Shown here piece by piece: positions 17,845 to 27,200 of a DNA stretch of 64,000 nucleotides. The notes under the pieces were generated by a model. That model was given only the letters and a program-made list of their open reading frames with translations. It was not told the origin of the DNA and made no database searches. Each line of letters starts with the position of its first letter. The stretch's first letter is position 1. The position numbers and the translations under genes are program-made. The stretch spans positions 32,001 to 96,000 of IMG/VR virus record IMGVR_UViG_2773857766_000004; one strand, 5' to 3'. The DNA comes from a virus. Its lineage: Duplodnaviria > Caudoviricetes.

Positions 17845-19008
17845 TCACCGCCCCGGATCGCCCTTTGGTTCTGCGGGGCTACCGAAGCCCCCCATGGCGC
17901 ACATGTTCTGGGCCACCAACGACACGTCCGGCACCGACGAGACCGGCGCGCCCTCTTCCTTCTGCTGCGTGCCCGGCCCCACCAGCTCGTCCAGCAGCGC
18001 CCTGACGCTTCGGCCCAGTGTCAAGGCCTGAGCGGGATCGCCGGTCAGCATAGGACCGACCGCGCCCACCAAGATGGTGGTGAGTTCCTGGCGCTGTGCG
18101 GCGCGAGTGTCCAGCTTGATGATCTCAGGGCCGGCGACAGGCTTGGCGTCCAGCAACGTGTAGCTTCCCTCGAATGCCTGCGCCGGCGAGTACGACAGGT
18201 AGCCGTCCGCGTACTGCACGTAGTAGCCGCCGGGCTGTGGCCGGTGCTTGTTCACGTACTCGGCTGACACCTCGAACGGGGGGTATTCCTGCTCCTCGGG
18301 GTAGATCATGGCCCCATAGGAGGAGGAGCACGAAAGCCCCGTGCGGTCCGGGTTCGGGTTGTGCGCGACATCCTTGATCTTGAGGGCCCACACGTGCTTG
18401 TGGCTCTGGTACCGGGGCAATTCTTTGGAAATCTCCATGGTCTTCAAGCCCCCGGTGGTGAGGGGTGCGCTCGGCCCGGCTGCCGCCAACTCCTCGGCGG
18501 TCGGCGTCCACCCCTGGTTGCGGCCGGCTTCGGCGATGCACTCGCGCGAATGGCCGAAGCCGTCCGTGGACATGCAGCGCTCACCCTTGCAGCGCACCTG
18601 GGCGTGGAGCTTGTCGCGCAGCCGGAAGCCCAGCAGCGGCCAGATCTTCGCCACGGCATTCTCCTTGGCGATCCGGCGGCCGATCTCGGCGTTGAAGTTC
18701 TCGGGGCTGGCGCAGGCCGACTCGCCCGTCACCGTGAAGCCGTTGCGCAGTCGCAGAACGCAGAAGGTCAGCAGACCGAGCGAACCGGGCGCCTCGAAGG
18801 TGAACGGTCGAAGCACACCGTCCGGCGATGCCGCGTTGTAGCCAGCGCCCGCCACGCCATCGAAGGCCGTGAAGTAGTGCTCGCCGACGATCTCGGCCTC
18901 GATGTCGGCCGGCGTGACGCGCGGCGCCACGCTGGCGCGGGCCTGGATGTCGCGCTCGAGGGCGTCGGGGCCGGGGTGGCGGACGGAAAGGGTGATGGGG
19001 TCGTTCAT
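17845..19008 (-). CDS. N4 Gp49/Sf6 Gp66 family domain fused to a GYYVxYxDGYxSxSP domain
   Basis: PRVTP.DIE, LTFCVL.LRNGFTVTGESACASPENFNAEIGR; then PRYQSHKHVWALKI...GGYYVQYADGYLSYSPAQAFE.SY. Confidence 0.85.
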   Translation of the reverse strand: MNDPITLSVRHPGPDALERDIQARASVAPRVTPADIEAEIVGEHYFTAFDGVAGAGYNAASPDGVLRPFTFEAPGSLGLLTFCVLRLRNGFTVTGESACASPENFNAEIGRRIAKENAVAKIWPLLGFRLRDKLHAQVRCKGERCMSTDGFGHSRECIAEAGRNQGWTPTAEELAAAGPSAPLTTGGLKTMEISKELPRYQSHKHVWALKIKDVAHNPNPDRTGLSCSSSYGAMIYPEEQEYPPFEVSAEYVNKHRPQPGGYYVQYADGYLSYSPAQAFEGSYTLLDAKPVAGPEIIKLDTRAAQRQELTTILVGAVGPMLTGDPAQALTLGRSVRALLDELVGPGTQQKEEGAPVSSVPDVSLVAQNMCAMGGFGSPAEPKGDPGR

Positions 19009-19310
19009 GGTGTGCTTCCTTGGGTGCCGGCATCCGGCCGGCTCGGGTTGATGGGGGCGCGGCACGCTTCCAGGGCCGTGAGCAGCTCGCCCTCGTAGCC
19101 CTCACGCCGTTCGATTTCGGCCTGGGCGGCCTTGGTGAAGTCGTCGACGGTCGCGCCGGCTCGAAGCGCATCGGTGGGCATCACCGGCCGGGCGGGCACA
19201 GGCTCCTGGCACTCCACCGGCACCGACACGTTGACCCGCTGGATCTCCACGCGTGGCGCGCCCGCACAGCCGGCCAGCAGCGCCGCCAGGATCAGGACGG
19301 CCGCCCTCAT
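19005..19310 (-). CDS. o-spanin (Rz1-like lipoprotein)
   Basis: Lipobox LAGC; Pro-rich; follows the i-spanin. Confidence 0.85.
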   Translation of the reverse strand: MRAAVLILAALLAGCAGAPRVEIQRVNVSVPVECQEPVPARPVMPTDALRAGATVDDFTKAAQAEIERREGYEGELLTALEACRAPINPSRPDAGTQGSTP

Positions 19311-19672
19311 GGCCGCGCCCTACCCAGCAGCCAGGCGTCTACCCGATGCTGCGCGCTGGCGCATGCATCGCCGGGCACGGCCGGGGGCACTGCAAGGATG
19401 GTGTCGGCCTTGCGGTTGTGGTCTGCGGCACGGTCCGCGGCCGCGCGCCGGGCTGGCGCCGCAGTCTCCGCTCGCTTGTTCGCGAGCGTGCGCATCTCGT
19501 CCACGGAGGCGCTGCAGGCCTCGGCCGCGCCGCGCACGCCCGCCAGCTCCTGGCCCTTTGCCGACACCGCGGCGCGCGCCTCGGTCGCAGCGTCGCGCTC
19601 ACCCAGATACGCCCACCCGAGCAGCCCATTGGCCGCCAGGCTGACCAGCAGGATGATCTGCAGAGGCGTCAT
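19307..19672 (-). CDS. i-spanin (Rz-like)
   Basis: N-terminal TM MTPLQIILLVSLAANGLLGW followed by an Ala-rich coiled coil. Confidence 0.8.
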   Translation of the reverse strand: MTPLQIILLVSLAANGLLGWAYLGERDAATEARAAVSAKGQELAGVRGAAEACSASVDEMRTLANKRAETAAPARRAAADRAADHNRKADTILAVPPAVPGDACASAQHRVDAWLLGRARP

Positions 19673-19935
19673 CGCAGCGCCTCGCAGTCCTTCCTGTCGC
19701 GATAGCCAGACTGCGCCGAGGCGTAGCACGCCCGGCGCTCTCCGTCGGCCCGGGCGTCCTTCTGCCCGCACTGCTCCAGCACGGCGCCTGCATCGATGTA
19801 CCAGGCCGGCGCCAGATCCGCCTCGCTGGTGGCGATCTGCAGCAGGGTGCATGCCTGATGGGCCGTGCTGGTGGGCACCACCGTACAGGCAGAGAGCGCC
19901 AGGGCAGCGCATACAGCGATCGCAAAGTTCTTCAT
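19669..19935 (-). CDS. Extra Cys-rich lipoprotein in the lysis cassette
   Basis: MKNFAIAVCAALALSAC lipobox; four further Cys; ATGA overlaps on both sides. Confidence 0.75.
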   Translation of the reverse strand: MKNFAIAVCAALALSACTVVPTSTAHQACTLLQIATSEADLAPAWYIDAGAVLEQCGQKDARADGERRACYASAQSGYRDRKDCEALR

Positions 19936-20564
19936 GGTGTCAACCTCCATTCACGGCAGATTTCGTCGTTGCTGTCGCCGCGGAGCTGCAGCCCGGGCAG
20001 TACCGTGGACACGCCGCGCACGGTGCCGCGGTTCCAGCGGGGGTTCTCCCGGCACGCGCCCTCGAGGTCGCCACGGTTGGCCTTCGCGCGCATGGTGCTG
20101 CCCTCCAGCGCCTGCGGCCCCTTGTTCCACACGAAGTCGATGAACGTGGCCTGAGCGAAAGCGTCGTAGGTGGGCCAGTGCCGCAGCAGCCGCGCCGCGT
20201 CGCGCTCGGCCTGGATGTACCGGGCCCGCTCCAGTTGGTAGCAGTCGGCCGGGCTGTAGTAGCGCCGGGCGTCCACCTCCGGGCCGGTGACGCCGTTGCA
20301 CACGGTCAGCGGCTGCCCGCGGCCTGCGCGGTCGATGTAGGGCGTGCCGATGTGCCGCCCGCTGGACTCGTATTCCGATCCCATGACCATGGCGATCTTC
20401 ACGGCCGGCGACGTGCCGGGGTCGGCAGCCACGGCCTGCACGTATTCATTGCGCTGCGCGGCGTCGGTGGCGTGCTGCGCAATGTAGGTGCCGCCGCCCA
20501 GGCCGGCCAGCAGCACCAGGGCTGCCAGCTTCTGCGCCAGCTGGCGCGGGACGCGGCTGGTCAC
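19932..20564 (-). CDS. GH24 lysozyme, probable SAR endolysin
   Basis: N-terminal Ala/Gly-rich hydrophobic anchor; YES...PYID...TVCNGVT; LPGL..R. Confidence 0.88.
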   Translation of the reverse strand: MTSRVPRQLAQKLAALVLLAGLGGGTYIAQHATDAAQRNEYVQAVAADPGTSPAVKIAMVMGSEYESSGRHIGTPYIDRAGRGQPLTVCNGVTGPEVDARRYYSPADCYQLERARYIQAERDAARLLRHWPTYDAFAQATFIDFVWNKGPQALEGSTMRAKANRGDLEGACRENPRWNRGTVRGVSTVLPGLQLRGDSNDEICREWRLTP

Positions 20565-20863
20565 TCGTCCACCTCGAGGCGGCCCAGGTCCGTGTCCTCA
20601 TGGAACACCGGCACGCCCGTGGCGCGCATCACGTCCATGCGCATCTGCCGCTCGCTCTCCCAGCGTTCGTACTCCTTGGCCTGTCGCCTGTTGGCCTCGC
20701 GCTTGTAGTACCAGGTGATGAGCAGGCCGATCACGGCGACGGCCGCGCCGACATAGGCCGCCAGGTCCGCCGCCGACATTTTCCCGGCGACAGCCACGGA
20801 TCCACCGATGATGGTGGCCTTGTTGCCGGCGGCGCCGATGGCTTCGAGGGTTTCGGTTTTCAT
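20561..20863 (-). CDS. Holin
   Basis: Hydrophobic segments then TWYYKRE and a charged tail; directly upstream of the endolysin. Confidence 0.85.
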   Translation of the reverse strand: MKTETLEAIGAAGNKATIIGGSVAVAGKMSAADLAAYVGAAVAVIGLLITWYYKREANRRQAKEYERWESERQMRMDVMRATGVPVFHEDTDLGRLEVDE

Positions 20864-20871
20864 AGGCCCGG

Positions 20872-20909
20872 ATCATTCCGGGCCGGCGCGGTTCTGACGA
20901 ACCCTATAC
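20872..20909 (-). promoter_or_regulatory. Late promoter motif copy 1 (holin)
   Basis: GTATAGGG-N24-AATGAT, ATG 8 nt downstream. Confidence 0.75.
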
Positions 20910-21425
20910 GGGGGCGAACCGCGCCGCCGCGGCCCGGAGGACGCACGGATCGAAGCGCTCGGGGTCCGGGAAGCCGGCCGCCGCGGCCACCGCTTCCGAG
21001 CATGTCCAGCGCGAGGCCTTCTGAGGGATCGCCCACGCGACGAAGCCGAGGACCAGCTGCCAGTCGTAGAGCGCACCCTGGTGCTCGAGGAACCACCGCG
21101 CCGCCCGCTGCGCGTCGCCGGGCAGCGGAAGCAGCTCCCACCGGGCCGGCTCCAACACCACCCTCTTCAACCGGACACCGCCTGTCCGCCCGGCCCGGCG
21201 CGCCGAGTGCACGGGCACCGGCTCGGCCGCCACGCTCGACCCGCACCACAGAGCCCCGTCCGGGCCGGCTGCGCACGTGCCGTCGGGCATGAGCGCGTCC
21301 ACGCCGTCGCCTGGCTCGAATACCAGCTCGGTGTGGCTGTACGGGCCGCCCAGGCGAAAACGGATGGCGCGGTTGGCCAGGCCCTGGAGCCCCGGGCGGG
21401 TGCCGGTGTAGGAAGCAAGCAGCAT
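20904..21425 (-). CDS. Permuted papain-like (NlpC/P60, YiiX-like) protein
   Basis: YSHTEL His precedes YDW and WTCSE Cys. Confidence 0.8.
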   Translation of the reverse strand: MLLASYTGTRPGLQGLANRAIRFRLGGPYSHTELVFEPGDGVDALMPDGTCAAGPDGALWCGSSVAAEPVPVHSARRAGRTGGVRLKRVVLEPARWELLPLPGDAQRAARWFLEHQGALYDWQLVLGFVAWAIPQKASRWTCSEAVAAAAGFPDPERFDPCVLRAAAARFAPV

Positions 21426-21427
21426 GG

Positions 21428-21982
21428 TCAGTCCCTGTGCACGGTGTGCAGCTCGTCTTCCACGGACACCGGCCAGCCGCCGGTGAAATCGTAGGCGCCA
21501 GGATCGGCAGAAGCTTCCATGGCGACGCGGTGTGCTTCGGCAGCCGCGAACACCGCCATGTCGCTCGCTGCGGTGGCGTTGAAGATCGACAGGGCCAGGG
21601 CCGGCGTCATGGTGACGAACACAGGCGGCGGCGCCGAGGTGAGCGTCTTCCATTGGATTCCGGCCGGCATGGCCTGCCCCATGAGCATCAGGGACATCTG
21701 CTGGATGCGGCTGGCGTCATCGGAGTGGAACCAGTTCTCCCCGATCTTCACGCCCAGGTACTTGCGCCGGTCGCGCTCGGCCTTGATCCGCTCCCACACC
21801 TCCGTGGCTGGCACCGGATCTGCAGGCTCGGGCACGCCGCCAGCCGCAATCCATGCCATGTAGGCGATGTAGTCCGGATTGGTATTGGGCGCCATCGGTG
21901 AATCAGACGTTGGTATGGTGGACCGAACACCGTCGTCCCAGCGATACACGATATTTTCACGGGTTAATTGGTATATGCTCAT
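21428..21982 (-). CDS. Tail fibre assembly protein (DUF4376-like)
   Basis: NPDY..Y..W...GG.P; IKAERDRR..GV; WFHSD..SRIQ; WKT. Confidence 0.8.
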   Translation of the reverse strand: MSIYQLTRENIVYRWDDGVRSTIPTSDSPMAPNTNPDYIAYMAWIAAGGVPEPADPVPATEVWERIKAERDRRKYLGVKIGENWFHSDDASRIQQMSLMLMGQAMPAGIQWKTLTSAPPPVFVTMTPALALSIFNATAASDMAVFAAAEAHRVAMEASADPGAYDFTGGWPVSVEDELHTVHRD

Positions 21983-22812
21983 GCGTACTGCCCGCCTGTA
22001 AATTTCGAGCCCACAGAATTACCGGGCAAATAGCTTTCCCCCGCACCGTTCACGAAAATCGCAGAATTCGCGAAGACGTTGTATTGGACTCCCGTAGCTG
22101 TTCCGCTGTAGGTATTTTCATTAACTCGCAGAAGCGACAGGCAATCGGCATAAGCAAAAGATGTGGAAAAGTTCGGCGTTCCGGCTAGCGTGATGGTCCA
22201 ACCTGCGCAAATAATTTTCGCACCGTTGGAGGCATACCAATGCACCCGTGCGGATCCGCTGATTTTGTATCCCCGCAGTATAATTGTCCCTGAGCAATTA
22301 ACATGAAAATTGCCGCAAGCGCCGAAATCAATATCCCCGGCTGACAGCTGACTTCCAATATCCACAGATATTGCATTTCCGCCGAACGTGCTATCGGAAC
22401 TGCTCAGCTTGATTCCTGATATGGTGTACTTCCTGGACCCGGCTGGAACATTGATACATGACCCGCTTGCGGTACTAATGCTCGTCGCGGCGGCGCCCGC
22501 GCCCACGATGGCGACCGCGCCTGATCCGATCGGATCTCGTGTTTCAAAAGGCGCGAAAGCCCCGCTGCCGATTGAAATCGTGACGTCGTTGTTTCCGCAA
22601 TCAAGACTGGAAACTACGTTAATGGCCTTTTGAATGGTCAGGAAAGCGCCAGCACTGGTGTTCACCAACCCGGTGTTGCTGTCGCTTCCATCGGTGCGGA
22701 CGTAGTAGGTCCGCGCGGCCGACAGCCTCTCGCGCACGTCTTGGAGCGTGTCACCGGCAGGCAACTGCCGGACGCGCCCGCCCACCCTGACCAGAGGCCG
22801 CCGTACTGCCAT
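21979..22812 (-). CDS. Tail fibre/tailspike-like protein with a beta-helix-like body
   Basis: RTYYVRTDGSDSNTGL...AFLTIQKAIN; distal part AT-richer. Confidence 0.7.
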   Translation of the reverse strand: MAVRRPLVRVGGRVRQLPAGDTLQDVRERLSAARTYYVRTDGSDSNTGLVNTSAGAFLTIQKAINVVSSLDCGNNDVTISIGSGAFAPFETRDPIGSGAVAIVGAGAAATSISTASGSCINVPAGSRKYTISGIKLSSSDSTFGGNAISVDIGSQLSAGDIDFGACGNFHVNCSGTIILRGYKISGSARVHWYASNGAKIICAGWTITLAGTPNFSTSFAYADCLSLLRVNENTYSGTATGVQYNVFANSAIFVNGAGESYLPGNSVGSKFTGGQYA

Positions 22813-22813
22813 T

Positions 22814-23344
22814 TCAGAGGATCACGTAGCCCAGATCGTCCGTCACCAGCTCGGTCGCGCTCTTCGCCGTGCCGAGCTCCTGGCAGACCTTGCCCGCGTT
22901 GGCGGTGTCGGTGCCGTCGAGGGGCGCGGAGATCACGCCGCCCGCGGTGCCCAGCCAGTACGTGGCGCCCGGCGTCAGCCCGGTCAGCGCGGCATTGGTG
23001 GTGTCGAGGGGGTATGCCGTGCCGCTCGCTCCGAAGGACACGGCGTCCTTCACGTAGCCGTTCGCCTGACGGCCGTTGCTGTTGTCCGCAAGGCGCATGT
23101 TCAGCGCGCCGGCATTGGCGTGGAAGTTCACGAACTTGCCGGCGCCAATGGCCTCGCTGGCCGGGGCGATCGTCGTGTTGGCTCCGATACCGGACGGCAG
23201 GAGGGTGGTGTCGATCCGGCCGTCGGGCCCGGTCGCCACCAGCTTGCCCGCGTCCGCCGCACCGGCGGAGACGGCGAGCCCGAAGAGCTGGCGGGTCTTC
23301 CCGGCGATTCGGGAAAGGTAGCCCTGGGTGGGTTGAGTTGCCAT
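22814..23344 (-). CDS. Virion structural protein
   Basis: GLTPGATYWL..AG motif; position in tail module. Confidence 0.7.
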   Translation of the reverse strand: MATQPTQGYLSRIAGKTRQLFGLAVSAGAADAGKLVATGPDGRIDTTLLPSGIGANTTIAPASEAIGAGKFVNFHANAGALNMRLADNSNGRQANGYVKDAVSFGASGTAYPLDTTNAALTGLTPGATYWLGTAGGVISAPLDGTDTANAGKVCQELGTAKSATELVTDDLGYVIL

Positions 23345-23348
23345 GGTT

Positions 23349-23849
23349 CTACTCCAGTGCGATGGGGTCTTGAAGGTTGAGAAGAAGGCGGGTCGGCGAC
23401 AGCGCCGTGCCGATCAGCACATCGAAGCCAACCGCGGGCGCGGCGGTGGTGAGAGCTCCACCGAGCCCCAGATAGATGCGTTGTCCTGGCGTCCAGGACC
23501 AGGCGGAATCCGTGATGACACCCGAGCGCTGCACGTTGATGGGCTGGCCAGGGTCGGCAGCCGTGAGCGTGATACCCAGCAGCAGGTACACGTGGTCCTC
23601 GTCGTCCTTGTCCAGCGCGTACACGCGGCCGGCCGCGTCTTCCCACGCGGCGATGAGGGCGGAAAGCGTGGAGCCGGCGACGCGCGACACGGTGGCGCCA
23701 CCGGCTGGGCCGACTTCCCCGCGCGGGCCGGGTGGACCCTGCTCGGCGTCGGCCACCACCTGGATGACCTCCACCTCTTCGCGCAGCACGGAACTGTCGG
23801 CCTCCTGCGCCAGGATGGTGGTGACCTCTTCCACCAGCACATCAGCCAC
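23349..23849 (-). CDS. Virion structural protein with a short collagen-like stretch
   Basis: GPPGPRGEVGPAG; WSWTPG..IYLG..GALT. Confidence 0.75.
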   Translation of the reverse strand: MADVLVEEVTTILAQEADSSVLREEVEVIQVVADAEQGPPGPRGEVGPAGGATVSRVAGSTLSALIAAWEDAAGRVYALDKDDEDHVYLLLGITLTAADPGQPINVQRSGVITDSAWSWTPGQRIYLGLGGALTTAAPAVGFDVLIGTALSPTRLLLNLQDPIALE

Positions 23850-24201
23850 GCGTCACCTCCTTGGAGACGCCGATGGAGCCCTCGGCCAGGCGGGTGACAT
23901 CGCCGCTGGGGTGCACGATCTCCAGATCCCACACGCCAGATTCCCAGCCCATGGCCGCGGTGGCCGCGTCGCTCAGGTACAGGTCCACCGTGCCCGATGC
24001 GCCGCCCAGCGTGATGCCACCGTTCTCGGTGGTCAGGTCTGCCAGCGTGGTCGGGGTCTCCTTTTCCAGGCGGACCTGCATGCGCGCCGTCGCGCCCGTC
24101 AGGTCGATGGGCGCGCCGGTAGGGGACTCCCACCGCAGGCGTTTGCGGAAGGTCGCGCCCTGGTAGATAGTGAGCTTCTTGAGCTTGGCCGGGGTGGACA
24201 T
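23842..24201 (-). CDS. Tail-associated Ig-like adaptor protein
   Basis: IYQGATF...PIDLTG.TARMQVR...GVWDLEI...RL.EG. Confidence 0.8.
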   Translation of the reverse strand: MSTPAKLKKLTIYQGATFRKRLRWESPTGAPIDLTGATARMQVRLEKETPTTLADLTTENGGITLGGASGTVDLYLSDAATAAMGWESGVWDLEIVHPSGDVTRLAEGSIGVSKEVTRG

Positions 24202-24208
24202 GCCGGGC

Positions 24209-24246
24209 AGTTTCCCGCCCGGCAGCCACCTCGCCTAACCCTATGC
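24209..24246 (-). promoter_or_regulatory. Late promoter motif copy 2
   Basis: GCATAGGG-N24-GAAACT, ATG 7 nt downstream; TAG of the giant gene lies inside the motif. Confidence 0.75.
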
Positions 24247-27200
24247 TGGGGCCTGCCCTGCCTCGCGCGCTGCTTCGCGCATCTGCTGGCGCAGGGCCTT
24301 CGGCGCGGTGTCGGCGATCCGCTGCGTGCGGTCCTTGCCCATCTCGCGCACGCGCTTCCACACGTCCGGCATCTTCACCACGATCGGCTGCTCCGGATTG
24401 TTTCGGTTCCAGTCAGCCAGACGTTCGCGCGCCTCTGCAAGCGCCGCATCGTCCTTGCGGAAGAGCGCATCCGCCCACTGCGCCTTGATCTCGCTGCTGG
24501 TCTGCGTGTAGAAGGTCTTCGTGCGCTGCATGAAGCTGTTGGCCTCCTGCACCTCGGCCACGCTCTTGGGCTGGAAGCCCAGGAACTTCGCCCCCGCCTC
24601 GGCCAGCGTGGTGTCGATGACCTTGTAGCCCTTCTTGTCCTTATAGATTCCGGTCGCTGCCATGTCCACGCCCTTGACCGCGTTGCGCACCGCGGTCGGC
24701 GCCACCTCCAGCGCTGCGCCCCCCGCATCCCCTGTGAGTAGCTTGCGCCCCGCGGTGAAGCCCCGCGCAATCAAGTCCCCCGCCGGGCCGGCGACTTCCA
24801 GAAGATCGCGCTCGCGGTTCTGCTTCGACAAGAGCAGCCCGGTACCGGGGAGCAGGTTGCCCAGGCCCATACGGCCCGACACGTCCACTGGCGCACCAGG
24901 CAGACCGGAGACACCCTGCTCAACGAAATCGGCGATCTCCTTGCCCATCACGTCCGCCAGCAGTTGCTTGCGCCACTGCTTGCTGCTCAGGTTGTAGCCC
25001 ATCATCTGGGCCGCCCCGTCGATCAGATCCTCGGCGTCTTCCATGAAAGGCAGGCCGCCTGCGCCCGACATGAGCAGCAGCATGGCGATGGCCCAGCCCA
25101 CGGCCCGCTTTCCTTCCGGTCCGCCCTGAGTCCACATGCGGTGCATCAGCTCCAGGTAGGACACGCTGTAGGTCTTGAAAGTGTTGTGGGTGATGAACGG
25201 CATGCCGTTGCGTCGCGCCACCCATGTGCTGGTCCCTGGAACGATCGGGCACCAGACGCGGCCTGTGTAACGGACGCGCTCCGATTCCTTCACCGAGTAG
25301 CGTCCGTTTTCGGTTCTTTGCGATTCGCGGATCAGCACCTTCCGGCAGCTCGGACCATGCTTGCTCACTCGGAAACTCTTGCCCAGGATGGTCAGCGCCA
25401 TCTGGAAAGTCTCCAGCGTCTGCCCCGGGTTCTGGATGAGGCACCGCTGCCCGGCGGCCGACTCAGAGCCGTCCCCCTCGATCATGCGATCGACCAGCAA
25501 TTCAATCTGGGCCTTCGTCATCCGCATCAGCAATGCCGGGGTGAGCTGCTTACCGGGCAGCATCTTGCGCAACACTGCAGCGCTGCTTTTTTTGATGTTG
25601 AACCGGATGTGCGCGGCATTGCCGCCGACGTAGTTCCAGGTCGTTTCGGTGTATTCGAGCCCGGCTGCGTCGAGGTCAGCACGGATCAGGTCTGCTGTGC
25701 GCCCTTCGTTCTGATACAGCTTCAGCGCGCCGCCCCATTCCTCTCGCCCGCGGTTCTTCTTCGTGAACCACCCTTCCGTGACCACCCAACCCAGCACCCG
25801 CGCCTGGGCGTCGGTGATGGGCTCGCCGGTTGGCAGGTGATCGAACGGCGCGGCAGTGGGAATCTGAACCCGGTGAGACGCCGGGATGTCCTGCGCTTCG
25901 GCCACCCCCAACTCCCAATGCGTGGTCCCCCGCTGCGCCCCTTTGGTCCGCTTCCTTTTGTAATGCACCACTCGATGGTCTGGGGTCATGAGCATGTCCA
26001 GCGTCTTGGACTTCGCATGCACCATTTCACCATCGTGATCGAAGATGTGCACCGACGCCATCGGAGCCCAGATGAGCCGCTCTGTGGTCATATCGAACGA
26101 TGCGAGCATGTCGCCCGGCACCAGGTGGTCGGGGCCGACCCATCCGCGCTGCGTCAGCGCTTCCGTGGTGTCGTCCACACAGAAAAGCGCTCCCCCCACA
26201 GCCCCCCGCGCGAAGCGGGGTTTATTCGCTTTCGAGTACACGAACTGCGTCTCCAGCACCGCCTTGCGGGCGAAGTTGGAAGGCTCGGCCATGCCCTGCT
26301 CCTTCGCCATCCGATACGCGGCGATGAAGGTGCTGCGGCGGTTGAACTGTTCGGCCAGGGCGAAGGGCTGACCCCACGCCACCTTCACGCGCTCCCAGTT
26401 GTTGGCCACCGCGGCGCGTGCGTCGCCCACCTTCGTTCCGTCGCCCGTGCGGAGCGACCCAGTGCCGCGTGCCTGCGACATCAGCTGATGGATCTCCTGC
26501 GGGGACACCACACCATCCTCCTCCGCGGACTGCATCGCGGCAGCGAGGTCGGGCTCGTACTGAAAGCCCTTGCGGCTCATGTCCTTGAGGGCGCGCGCCA
26601 TCTGGGCGCCGGCCTTGCGCATGCCGCCAAACTGAGACAGCCACGGCATGGTGATCTGGAACGGTTGCATCATGTTCACGGCGGCGGACGCTACCGAGCC
26701 TCCCAGGTACTGGGCGAACAGCATGCCGCGCACGGCCTGGCCCTCCTCCTGGGGATTGGCGATGTAGTCGCGCAGCCCCATGGCCAGGTCTTTCAGCTCT
26801 CCCTGCTCCTTCGGGATGGCGTTGATTGCGCTCTCCATGGTGCCGGCGTTCAGTCCGCCAGCGCCCAGGCGGGCATTAGAGTACACGAAGCTCGCCAGCA
26901 CGCGGCCCACGTCCTCGCTGTACCCCGCGACCCCCTTGCGGTGGATCAGGCGCTTGAGCGCGCTGTGGTTGTTCTTGGCCAGTTGCAGGTAGGCCTGAAA
27001 TGCCTTGTCCTTCGGGTCGTCGCCCTTGCCGTCCAGCCCCAGCATGCTCCCGAACATTTCCAGGCTCTCGGGGGTGACGCCCGCGAACAGCTTGAATGCG
27101 TCCTGGCTCATGGTGCCCTGGGTGACGGTGGCGCCGGGGAACTGCTTTTCCATCTCGGCCTTCATCCGGTTGGAATCGGCCTTGGTCTCGAACATGCCGA

